Part shown: in pieces, positions 1 to 12,215 of the stretch | Position numbering within the stretch: the first letter of the stretch is position 1 | How the letters are laid out: every line of letters starts with the position of its first letter | Assembly (NCBI RefSeq): GCF_006345805.1 | Contig: NC_043001.1 | Coordinates: 105,648,001-105,712,000 of the forward strand | DNA length: 64,000 nucleotides | Origin: Octopus sinensis | Taxonomy: Eukaryota | Direction of reading: 5' to 3' | Translations under genes and position numbers: made by a program | The notes under the pieces: generated by a model | Database searches by the model: none | Told to the model about the DNA's origin: nothing | Seen by the model: only the letters and a program-made list of their open reading frames with translations

Positions 1-454
1 AAGATGGCTACAGCAAATATTCTGCTCAATACCACAGATTTGCTTGTCAGTTGTTTGACCTTAACCAGGTGAGCATGTCCCTTAGTGGCTGACGTATGTG
101 CATCTCGGATCACGAGCAGAAGTAGTGGGGGAGCATCATAGCCATGTTTGAGGGGGATTCTTTGGGTTTTGAATAGTTCACCTCTGGAAACATGGGTGTT
201 CTTTCAACATCCTTAAACAACCCGTATTCAGGACCGTTTGAGCAGGATGGTACTCAAAATGAAGAAAATTCTAACTGGCCACACCTGCAAGGTCATGTGC
301 TGTTGTATCTTGATATGAGATCACCATGTCGCGCACATATGGTTGTGATGCTGTGCCTGGTGTACCTTTATCAGACGGGTAGTCATGATGGGTTATTGGG
401 CTTCGTATATTTTACCCCAGTGTCACTTTGATGGCATGAACTGCTCTCTCACTC

Positions 455-486
<32 letters not shown>

Positions 487-495
487 CAACAACAA
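1..495 (+). mobile_element. 3' portion of an unclassified retroposon-like repeat with (AAT)n(AAC)n tail
   Basis: GC-richer unique-looking block ending abruptly in aataataat...aacaacaac at ~456-495; runs off the window start; no coding motif recognised. Confidence 0.4.
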
Positions 496-640
496 CAGCA
501 ACATCGAAAAATACATTAGGAATGAGAACCCAGGTTCCAAATTTCCCTAAGACACCCGAAGAAGGCTGGAGAGTATATCAGCCGAAACTCTGTGTTAACA
601 ACAAACAAGATGAGGACAAATATCTGTCAAATCTAAATAA
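496..640 (+). mobile_element. ~150-bp hammerhead-bearing Penelope-like mini-element, copy 1 (degenerate core)
   Basis: gacac-CCGAAGA-aggctg-gagagtatat-cagcc-GAAAC-tct-gtgtt at 551-596; homologous copy on the minus strand at ~52990-53150. Confidence 0.6.
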
Positions 641-789
641 TGTAAATAATTGACTTTAATGGTTACATTTTCTGATGGTTTCTTATTTGGTTCATGGACA
701 TTATATAAACCTTTCATACTAGCAGGGAGAATGAAGACCAGGTTTTCGCTATGATAAACGTTGTCAGAAATTCCACCTATCTGGTGTTG

Positions 790-930
790 TGTAGTGAGAA
801 GCTTGCTTCTTTGGCACGCGTTTCCGGGTTCAGTCCCAAAACGTGGCACCTTCGATGGGTGTCGGCCTCGGGCTGACTGAATCTTTGTGAGTCGATTTGT
901 TAGAGGGAAACTGAAAGAAGCCAGTCGTAT
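790..930 (+). mobile_element. tRNA-derived SINE family A (octopus OK/OR-like), 5' half
   Basis: B-box-like gggttcagtccc, cgtggcacctt, gaaactgaaagaagcc then (TA)n; same order as full copies at 30440 and 54245. Confidence 0.75.
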
Positions 931-944
931 ATATATATATATAT

Positions 945-1368
945 ATATATACTCTTTTACTCTTTAAATCTTTTATTTTTTTCATTCATTTGTATTGTAG
1001 CCATGCGGGAGCACCGCCTTTAGTCGAGCAAAGCGACCCCAGGACTTATTCTTTGCAAGCCTAGTACCTATTCTATCGGTCTCTTTTCAGAACTGCTAAG
1101 TTACGGGGACGTAAACACACCAGCATGGGATGTCAAGCGATGTTGGGGACAAACACAGACATACAAACATATACACACACATACAGATATATATTTATAC
1201 GTATATACGGCGGGCTTCTTTCAGTTTCCGTCCACCAAATCCAATCACAAGACTTTGGTCGGCCCGAGCCTATAGTAAAGACAATTGCCCAACGTGCCAC
1301 GCAGTGGGACTGAACCCGGAACAATGTGGCTTGTAAGCAAGCTTCTTACTACAGAGCCTCTCCTACAC
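945..1368 (-). mobile_element. tRNA-derived SINE family A, full length
   Basis: Reverse complement of the 30440-30812 and 54245-54640 copies, including the internal microsatellite. Confidence 0.85.
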
Positions 1369-1372
1369 CTAC

Positions 1373-1449
<77 letters not shown>

Positions 1450-1450
<1 letters not shown>

Positions 1451-1665
1451 GTGTCGCTGTCTCTCACGACCGCTTGACAACCGGTGTTAATGTGTTTGCG
1501 TACCAGTAAGTTAATGGTTCCACAAAAGCCCCGATAGAACAAGTACCAGGATTTTAAAAATACGCACTCTGGGAGGGGAGTTAATTCATTCTAGTAAAAT
1601 TCTTGAAGGGGTTGCCCGAGCATAATCACAGCCAAATGACTGAGACAAGTCAAAGATGAAAGTTA
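1450..1665 (+). mobile_element. SINE family A, 3' half (diverged)
   Basis: cgcttgacaaccggtg...ccgatagaacaagtacc...caaatgactgagacaagt matches family A 3' half. Confidence 0.7.
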
Positions 1666-1885
1666 AACCCAATAATGGAGAGACATTTCGTCAGCGAATT
1701 TAAAGCTGACCCACAGGGGGCGCTGATGAGACTATTGGCACTGCTATGTTTTAAACTTTTGTCAATGAGCAGATTGTATTTGAATTCATATAAATGTTCC
1801 TTCCATTTCTTTTGTTCAACAGGTATTAATTTATTCTATATGAAATGATTGTGAATTTTCTGAGAAATCTCAATAGGGGATTAAG

Positions 1886-2092
1886 TCAGCTAATCGGATA
1901 ATAAATTTTACTGGATTTTCTTTCTCTCTTTTCCATCATAATCAAAACTATTCGAAGCTCATCTGTCATCAACCCCTGGACAGCTTTTCCTATTACACAT
2001 CCATTTAAAAGACTTTCTGCTTGAAATTCATTCAGATGATTTCCGGCTTCATAGACACTTAGAAGATTCCTCATTTGGTTTTTAATCAACAT
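1886..2092 (-). CDS. Candidate terminal exon of an unidentified gene
   Basis: Minus-strand acceptor cattttag-like (attcatttag|ATGTTG); 68 codons MLIKNQMRNLLSVYEAG...KIYYPIS* of ordinary complexity; no homology recognised. Confidence 0.25.
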   Translation of the reverse strand: MLIKNQMRNLLSVYEAGNHLNEFQAESLLNGCVIGKAVQGLMTDELRIVLIMMEKRERKSSKIYYPIS

Positions 2093-2164
2093 CTAAATGA
2101 ATTTCTCATTTAATATTGCATTGCAAAACAGACATTCAAAAGCATATCATGCGTCGGTAATAAA

Positions 2165-2956
<792 letters not shown>

Positions 2957-4147
2957 GAAAATAACAACGAAGACAGTGAGAGTAAGAAACAGAAGGAAGA
3001 AAGATTATATTCTTACTTCAGCTCTCCGAAAAACCTCGAACTCACCCACAACCACATTTAACACCTACCTAAATTTTCCAACACCATTCCAAATTTACCA
3101 GAATGGAACCTCTATATGTAGTTATTGAAGTGCATTCCACCTTATTCTGCATGTGAAAGCCAAGATTTGAATGCTACTTATTTATATTTTTTAGGTCTTT
3201 GGCTTATGACACAACAAAAAGGAAAGCTTGGTTTGATTCGCCGCATCCAGATATATTGGCAGCCCAGGTGAAATTGCATTCTATAATCCTTCCACTACAT
3301 TTTGTTATTAAGTCGTTTACTTCTTTTCCACGCATCTGTACCTCGTCTACGCTAGTACTACATAACAGAAATAGAGTTTAATATAAATTTCCACTTCAGC
3401 GTAACGAATTAAGTTATAAAATGTCTGCTTGAAAATTCATAAATACTTATATAGGATATAGATGTTACTGTTTGCTCTGGAATTTTCTTCTTCCTCGTTT
3501 TGATAATTATTAAATAATTTCAGTGTAATAATTTCTGTGACGAAGTTCTAGCTTTGATGTTCGTGTACGTATATTTTTCAGTAAAATATATATGCATAAA
3601 AGATAAATATTAATTTATTCGTTGTCATTGATGTTAGCGGTTTGTTTTTTCCTGAATCATATCTGATTGGTGCTGGTTTCAACGGAGCGAAAATCGTTGC
3701 TTCTTTATTCTTTGTTTGTTTGACAGTCTATAACTACCACATAGAAGAGAACATCTTACTTGGCAGTATCTAATTTCGCTCCAATACATTTTTAGTTGAA
3801 ATTCTGTTCGGTCCATTTAGCTTTTAAACTGTACTTTCCTGAACTTATTTTGTAAATTCTTTTTTATAAATGACGTTAAGTTCAGTAATAAACCAGGATC
3901 GAATTCTTTCCAAAACTAATATCTTAGAATTCTGAACGAGAGTGAAACTGATACCATCTTGAATTTCAGACAAAACCAGAACAAGTTGAACGATATCGAC
4001 AACGGATTTAGAGCATTTGAACACTATACAAGGAAAACCGAAATATAAAGTAGGGTATTTAAGTTTATAAAAATCAAAATATCAACTCATATATCTTATG
4101 TATGTAGCCCAGTTTCATTTGTTTATATGCATCATTATTTCTCTCTC

Positions 4148-4219
<72 letters not shown>

Positions 4220-4223
<4 letters not shown>

Positions 4224-4483
4224 TATTAAATTAGAGATAAAACCACTATTAGGCAAAGCAAACAATGAAAAACATAAGCCAATACATAAAATTAATTAAT
4301 TTGTATTATTTTAAATATATATCAAAATTATTAAATTTAATAATTTTTATATGTATATATATATTTAAAATAATATAAATTAATTAATTTTATGTATTGG
4401 CTTACGTTTTTCATTGTTTGATTTGCCTAATAGTGGTTTTATCTCTAATTTAATATAATATAATATTTTACTATATACTGTGC

Positions 4484-4542
<59 letters not shown>

Positions 4543-4783
4543 ATATTATATTAATTAGAGATAAAACCACTATTAGGCAAAGCAAACAATGAAAAACATA
4601 AGCCAATACATAAAATTAATTAATTTGTATTATTTTAAATATATATCAAAATTATTAAATTTAATAATTTTTATATGTATATATATATTTAAAATAATAT
4701 AAATTAATTAATTTTATGTATTGGCTTACGTTTTTCATTGTTTGATTTGCCTAATAGTGGTTTTATCTCTAATTTAATATAAT
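4220..4783. repeat. 240-bp near-perfect palindrome (foldback/MITE-like), tandemly duplicated
   Basis: Copies 4220-4459 and ~4544-4783 (period 324); left arm ttagagataaaaccactattaggcaaa..., right arm its reverse complement; embedded in (TA)n. Confidence 0.85.
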
Positions 4784-4939
4784 ATAATATTTTACTATAT
4801 ACTGTGCATATATATATGCACATTCATTAATCCTTGATTTGGCCGAAACGCCAGGAACCTACACCTCACATATATGTATGCGCATGTGTTCATTTCACTG
4901 TAAACTGCTAAACAATACATTGGATTCATTGTGCACACG

Positions 4940-5170
4940 CACAAATATATATACTACCTTTATCCAGCCAATCGCCATCATTGACCTCTAACTCCAAAAG
5001 TGTTTCTTTTATTCTCTCTCTATTTATTTCATCGTGTTACTTTCTGTTGAAGAGCCTAAGATCGAAACGAAAACGACTTTCTCACCTTCCCAAGAGTCAA
5101 ATTAATACACCTGCTTGTTGTTTATACACCTGTCTTCGTCTTTTGTTTTTCTGTAAATTTCAACTAAATA
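4940..5170 (+). mobile_element. TA-flanked repeat with degenerate hammerhead-like core (Penelope pLTR-like)
   Basis: cttt-CTGTTGA-agagcctaagatc-GAAAC at 5040-5068; ends in (TA)n. Confidence 0.35.
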
Positions 5171-5451
5171 TATATATATATATATAATAAAATATTAGGG
5201 AATAAATCCAAACTTACAGGGACAAATCAGATTTAGGATTAAATCCAATTTTATAGTAAAATATTATATTATATTAAATTATATTAAAATATATATATAT
5301 ATACCAGATAGAAATATACGCTTGCATGTATGTATATTTGTCTGCGTGTGTGTAGTCATAAGAAGAACTTCGCTACAATTTTCGGCTATAAAACTTTTCT
5401 CGCAGTTTAAGATTCATTGATCTACTTGAAACAATAATCGGAAATACTTAC

Positions 5452-5511
5452 CCAAGTTAGAAGAACCGATAACGTTGGGAAATATATTTCTTCATGCACA
5501 AATACCAAGAT
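5452..5511 (-). CDS. Candidate internal exon (phase 0-0)
   Basis: ctaacatag|ATC...TGG|gtaagt; 60 nt, ILVFVHEEIYFPTLSVLLTW. Confidence 0.3.
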
Positions 5512-7227
5512 CTATGTTAGCTATCATTATGTTACAGCGTTTGTGAACTTCGTATTACGCCTTGTTTATGACACAAATCGGAAAATAAAACGAACCCCAC
5601 GTAAAATATAAAAAAACCCTAAAATATGATTCAACCTTTCACATACTGATTTACAAATACCAAAAACAATTATTTCAAAGGGAGTTGTAAGCAGAAATAT
5701 TGATTTATATTAAGCCCTGAATTCACTTTAATAGAATGTTCTAAATATTCCAGTTCTAATGTAAGGGAGATATAAAGGAATCTGCTTGCAAAGAAAAACA
5801 CGATATAAACATAAGAGTGATGAGTATAGAAAGAAAGTAAGTAAATTGAAGGATATTGTCAAACATAATAAATATAAGAATCAGGATAGGGAACAATAAC
5901 ACACTGGAATAAATGTGTAGAGCTGACTTAAACATAAAAGCATTTAAATACTGTTACTACACGAGACTTAACTTTGTAAAGAACAAAAAAATATCATAAA
6001 CTCATTATAGAATATACGTCACTTGCAATCCATCAACATAAATTGAATTGAAGATTTCTTCTTGGGAACTTTACATATAAAAACAGAGAGTATATGTAGC
6101 TATCAAGACATTTATTTGCTGTCATGAGATCATCGGTTTCAGACTAATGGTTTTTTGCTGTTCTTGATGTCGACATTAAAAATATATACATGTTATTACA
6201 TTACTCCTTCCTGGTAATATAAACCTTAGATGATATTTTCATTGCAGAAGCCAAATAGATTAGTTTTATGGAAATAAAGAACAAACAGAAACATATGTAA
6301 GACCGTACAATACTTATATTGTGTAGCCCTTATCAGTATTGGTCAAGTATGTGTATGTCTAAAATGCACCGGGTTTTATATTCACGCTCATTATATTATG
6401 GACTGTATCTAATCATTTCCATTGCGAAAACCGCTTCAGTGTGATTTGAGGACAATTTCACTGACAATTATATTCTGCTGAACAAGCATTGAAATACTGC
6501 GCTTGCAATGCACGACTTACTATCCGCTCATGTGGAAATTACTGATTTCGTTGCTGGCCGATGTAATATATGCTTTTTAAACTGAAATAGAACAGCTTCC
6601 TGAGCAAAAGAAATTGCCTCTGAAATAGCAACATAATCTGTTTGACAGCTAAGGAAATGGGTGTATAAAATAACAGGAATAATTAATCAGACAAACATAT
6701 CTAATTGACTGCTTGGGAAGCGGAAATCCTATCACCAAAATCATCTTGTTATGCTTCAAAAATGTAGAAATAATGATATTTTGGTATAGGATATCAATAT
6801 ACAATAAATTCAATTATAGTAAAACAGAAGATACATTACAGCCATTATGTATTTTATTGTCCAATATAAATATATTATAGCACAAATAAATACAAGTCGA
6901 AGAAAATACGGGTTCTTTACGATTTAACTTTATATGTACATATAAAGCTTCACAGCTAAAATAATCCCGGGAGATTTAGAAAGGTTACTCCAAATTTCAA
7001 TAGTCAGAACGATGATTAGAAATGACACATATGGTCACACTACAGGCCAAAATCTACATCTTTATTTCACTTGTCTTATATGGTACTGCTTCAAGTAGCA
7101 ATTTAATATATTCAATAAAATAACCCTACGGCAGTAAAAGAAATTAAAGGGCCTGTCCCGTCTGGAATAATATTTGGACTTCCTATACTTGTATCCCTGC
7201 GTCATAATTATCATTATTATTATTATA

Positions 7228-7499
7228 AAAACAGTTTGAAAACAGAAACAATTACTATCATAATAGGCGCATTGGGTATGATAAAAGAATATTGAGACAA
7301 ATACATAACAAAAACAGGAGGACTAACAAATATGTACATGACATACAGAAAATAGTATTAGTAGGCACTGCACACATCCTACGTAAAACACTTTCAATAC
7401 AGTAATTATAAGAGCGTCACAGCAAACCACAGCACGTACCCAAGGCACACAAAGCAGCGCTCAGTATTGAAGTAAAAGCACATGATAAAAATATGACAA

Positions 7500-7554
<55 letters not shown>

Positions 7555-7595
7555 GTAGTAGTAGTAGTATTTGTAGTAGTAGTAGTAATAATATG
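7228..7595 (+). mobile_element. R4/Dong-like LINE 3' end with (TAA)n/(TAG)n tail
   Basis: Translates LKTETITIIIGALGMIK...IQKIVLVGTAHILRKTLSIQ*, then a short UTR and aataataat. Confidence 0.8.
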
Positions 7596-7699
7596 TCAAG
7601 TAAGCAAGTATTATCCCTATTGTTTCAAAAAGACTGCTCCCTCATCTGTAAATATCTATCGCACTGCAAGTTCCCTATTATGTAGTATATAACAGCCCA

Positions 7700-8500
7700 T
7701 TACCCAAATACACCTGCAAAGAAAGATGAGGAGAGCATTTTCTCAAAACTACAATCGGATGTTGATGTAATACTTTTGTAGAAGCGAACCTACCAAAGTA
7801 GGATACAGGAAAATGGTGTATAAAATATATGCAGAGAAATCGAAAAAATCTAATCGCAAAAAGACGAATCGATCCCAGTTGGTACATGAAGACATTTCAA
7901 TAAGAGAGTAAGATAAAAGAAAAACATTTTATATGGAACAAGTGGCTGAGGAAATGTAATGTGAGCAAATAATAGAAGAGTGGCTAACAAATAAGCAGGA
8001 GATAAAAGTGTTCATATAAAAAGAAATTCACTTGATGGAAAGAAAGAGTGTTACAGAGGAGGAATGGAATGTTATATCACGCTTAAACAGGGCACGAACT
8101 AATGAAATATGTGGGAAATAAGTCTTGACAGAAATCGAGTTGGGAACAGTGCGAAAATCTGTGTTGGAGATATTAGGGGTCATAACAAAGTTATATACTC
8201 TGCAATATTTATTTGATGTGGAAATTTGGTGGATTAAGACCAAAGAAATGCAAATAACGTTCCATAACCGGTTAGAAAACATGGGTATGTAATTGAACAG
8301 CTCAACAGAGATTTAGAAATAAATAAATGCAATCGTGGAAAAGAAGTGATGAGCTAAATGCGCAGGAAGGAGTTACCAATAATTTCAATGTAACGCGGAA
8401 GCAGACAGATTATGCGAATATAAGAGTGAAATGGAAAAGGAATCGAAGAAATGAAAATATAAATTATCAAATTGGGAAGTCCACGCCATGGGGATTTCGG
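7700..8500 (+). mobile_element. Decayed N-terminal region of an R4-like LINE ORF
   Basis: YFCRSEPTKVGYRKM (~7770-7820) and NKVIYSAIF resemble R4-type N-terminal motifs; many stops and frameshifts. Confidence 0.4.
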
Positions 8501-9617
8501 ATCAAAAGTCTTTCAAGTATGCACAACCTTATACAACTGTTCATTATCGACCTTTCTGGCAGTCGTCGTACCATGGGTCAATTTTAAATTTCATACGAGA
8601 TGCACTATAATCAGAGTTTAAAAATAGCCGTTTAAAAATCTTATACCCCTGAACCCCATCGCCAAGTATTTCACCGAGCAGGTGATGAATTAATGCGAAT
8701 GTTGCGATTCTCAGTGAAGAATCTGCAATAAGAAGCTCACGATGGGAGTTGTCCTCTCGTAGAGACAGCTTCAGAAGTGAGTCAGAAAACGCGGACATCT
8801 TATTTGCTTTGTATTTGGTAATAAAATCTAGAATTTCGATCATCAACCTAAATCTGATGTTCTTTTCCTTCTTGTACAAAACCAAATTTTTAACGAAGCC
8901 AGTTGCTTAATGTTAACATCACGTCTTATCATCACCTCTTGATCTGCCAATCATTCAAAACTAATGGAAAAATATTTCCCCGCACATCACAAAGATCTGG
9001 GGGATCTTGAGTTCTCCTAAGGTCCGAACACATCCTATAGAGAAATGAAAAACTTATTCTATGTCAAAACGTTTACTGCTAATAAATTATAGAGAGAATG
9101 ACACATTCTGCTCGTCAGAGATATTAATTTAAAGTGTATATTTTCTAAGTGTATGATTTAACCATCATTCACCATATCACCATTGACACCAAAATAACAG
9201 TTGACTGAACCGCTGTACTTAATATTCTTAAACTAGCCAATGAGAACTGGAAAACGTTTATCTGGCAACAACACGGTCATCATACTCTTCCACGGGAATT
9301 TTTGCATCTTGAGGGACGGACTCCAAAATAACTTATTAAAGAAAACATCCAATATGATGCATGCACGGTCTAAATATGCAGCAGAAACAGCATCGGCTCG
9401 GCCTCGCTCATTTTTTACAGGATGGCTGCGTCCTCAAGTGGTAACATACACAGAAAGCACATCTTAAAGCCCCATTCTACAGTACTCTCAATGTCGCAAT
9501 GTAAACATTAACACTTTTAACGTCGGTGTTGAGATGCAAGAAGGAAAATCAGCGCTGTCTTTGGACAACAAATACCCGCTGAGGTATCCCAAACATTTCT
9601 GAAAAGCAAATATTTCT

Positions 9618-9697
9618 AGAGTGAGAGCCCTGGTGAACAAATTAGAGTGAGAGCCCTGGTGAAAAAATTAGAGTGAGAGCTCTGGTGAACAAATTAG
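9618..9697. repeat. 26-bp minisatellite x3
   Basis: agagtgagagccctggtgaacaaatt at 9618, 9644 and 9670. Confidence 0.9.
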
Positions 9698-9849
9698 CCT
9701 TCATGATCATTAGATGCCCCACGTTAAACTAATGGGGGAAATGATTAGTCATACACTTTCTGAGGGGCAGACTCTTCGGAGACGTATAGTGTATATCATT
9801 TGATTATTTAGAGACCATGTCCCAAATGAAATTTTTGGAAATGATTACA

Positions 9850-10012
9850 AATTGGTTTCAAATTCAAGGTGAAGGACATTAATTTCCGTAAGTGGGAAGT
9901 CGGTTACATCGAGCACAGAGCTCAACTGGTACCTGTTTCATCGAGACGGAAAGCACGAGAGGTAAAGTCGAACTCGGAGGAATTTGAAATCGATTCTGCC
10001 AGCTCGCCGCTT
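9850..10012 (-). mobile_element. tRNA-derived SINE family B, degenerate
   Basis: ggtaaagtcgaactcggaggaatttgaa...ctgccagctcgccgc matches the family B head and core. Confidence 0.65.
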
Positions 10013-10369
10013 TGATGGGACTATGTATTACCCATTAAAGTACAAACAGAACGGTACACCACCCTTTGCTACTGTTATAAAAAAGAAAAAAGAAAAGAAA
10101 AGGAGAGCTTGAGACAAACTATATACATCAATAATTTAGAATTTATATAGATTTCATTTAAAAATATTTACCGCTCGACAGAAGAAATAATTAAAGATTA
10201 TATATTCAAATCACGTTTCTTCTGTCTGTCTGTCGAGATATTTGTCATATCAATACAGCTACATAACATATAAAACAACTATGAGAAGAAACACATATAT
10301 ATTTTGTCTTGCTTTGTTATTGATCTTTTCGAATATCTTTTGAAATCTCTCTCACTATCAATTTTCTGG

Positions 10370-10411
<42 letters not shown>

Positions 10412-10436
10412 TTATGTATGTATGTATGTATATATA

Positions 10437-10479
<43 letters not shown>

Positions 10480-10929
10480 CATATATATGTATATACACTC
10501 ACACACACCCACACATAAGTATGGGCCTGAGTGCGTGATTATAAATGCTTATATATATATATATCTACCGGTGTACATACAAACATATCTCCTTACATAC
10601 ACAAACACGCACATTCTCACACACACACACACACTCACTCACAGATATATATATATATATATAGACACACACACGCACAAAGATATCTACTTTTCGATTA
10701 AATTTAATATTTTACATTGAAAGAGAACTGTCACAGTCATGTGATCTGTTTTATAGTTTACTTTCTACTTTATCTCTTTCTTTCATGTTCATCAAATGTT
10801 TCAACGCATCACGCATATTATATAAGTTTCCGCTTTAAGAGGAGACCGCAGCTAAACTCTTCTTCTAACCCCATCCTCAAAATGAAGAAACATGAATCTA
10901 TACAGTATAAACACCTCTCTCCACTCCTG

Positions 10930-10963
<34 letters not shown>

Positions 10964-12069
10964 CATTCACACACATGCACACATACATTCGTTCGATGCT
11001 TTTGTTTCTCCATTTTGCATATCTATATATATAAGAATGCCATGTAAAGATGTGCAAATTTCAATATTTCTTCAGCTTGAAAAAAAGGAGAAATTAAAAC
11101 GAAAAACATGTACACCCACAGGCGAAATTCTTAGTTGCAAGAGACTGGCTGAACCAATATAAAAAGAAGGAAATAAAAGAGGAAAACGAAAGGAAAGTGA
11201 AGGCAAGAAAACAAAAGAGAATAGAAAAAGTAAAGGAAGGGAGTAAGCGGAAGACGTGGAAAATAAAGTTTTCTTTTGATATTGGAACAAAGTGAGATGA
11301 ATGAGTGCTAGAACGGTCAGAGAATTCAATGGAATAGTGCAAAGAATATATAGCCAATGAGATGAGGAATGACCTTGGAACCAATGGAGAGAGGCTTAAG
11401 GTTGGTGGATGTGCCTCTTATGAGCTCAAGTGGATTAATGAATAAACAGATAAACTGACATGGCAATTAAAATGAATCGATCGCAAAAGTAAAAGAAATC
11501 TTATCAGCAGAGGTGCTGATATAAAGGAATGGTTAGCACTTCAGCGGTAAGTTTGAGGTAATTGTTGTAATGTAGAGGATATCAAATAAAATATATAAAT
11601 AAATAAAATATAAACTGAGGGAAGAAAATAAAAAAAGAATTGGGATTGTCACTAAGAATATAGAAAATATCAAATAAATAAAGAATGAATATGCAATTAT
11701 AGTATATATAGAAAATTTTGAAAACGTTAATAAAAAGAAATTAAAATTATTCACTACTGAAAAGTTATAAAATTATAAAATACAAGAAACCTAAATAAAA
11801 GATTAAAAACGAAAATGGCGAAATAAAAGTCAAGAGGAAAAATACTCAAAACGAGGCCAAGATGAATGAGTGAATAAATAATTGATTGGGTAAATGAATT
11901 GAGAGCAGGAATGATAAAGTAGTTGTGTAAAAAGAAGTTAGCAAACGATTCGGATAATTATTAGTATTAAGAATAGTAAACGCGTGCACACACACACAAG
12001 CTCGGAATCACACATGCATATATACAAGTGTCTGTCTTGATAGAACACATAGATATAGATTTTCACAAT

Positions 12070-12215
12070 GAAATTGCGTGATTACAGGCTTGCTTCCCAA
12101 CCATATAGTTTCGGTTTCAGTCTCATTGGGTGGTAGCTTGGGCGAGTGGCTACTACTATAGATATTTGAGTGGATTTGGTAGCTGGAAACTGAAAGAAGC
12201 TTGTTGTGTATATAT
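12070..12215 (+). mobile_element. SINE family A, 5' half
   Basis: gcttgcttcccaaccatatagtttcggtttcagtc...gagtggatttggtagctggaaactgaaagaagc. Confidence 0.7.

Noticed and set aside
1886-2092. KAVQG and RNL words recalling the WD40 protein MIOS
   Set aside because: The spacing differs by about 9 residues and there is no further match; no gene symbol assigned.
3195-3267. Plus-strand exon-like segment (SLAYDTTK...HPDILAAQ) with faint resemblance to SLC9C1 cytosolic helices
   Set aside because: The similarity is a few residues split across two frames, and no transporter, voltage-sensor or CNBD exons were found to support it.
9618-9697. CRISPR-like appearance of the 26-bp repeats
   Set aside because: No spacers, no cas genes, and a eukaryotic context.
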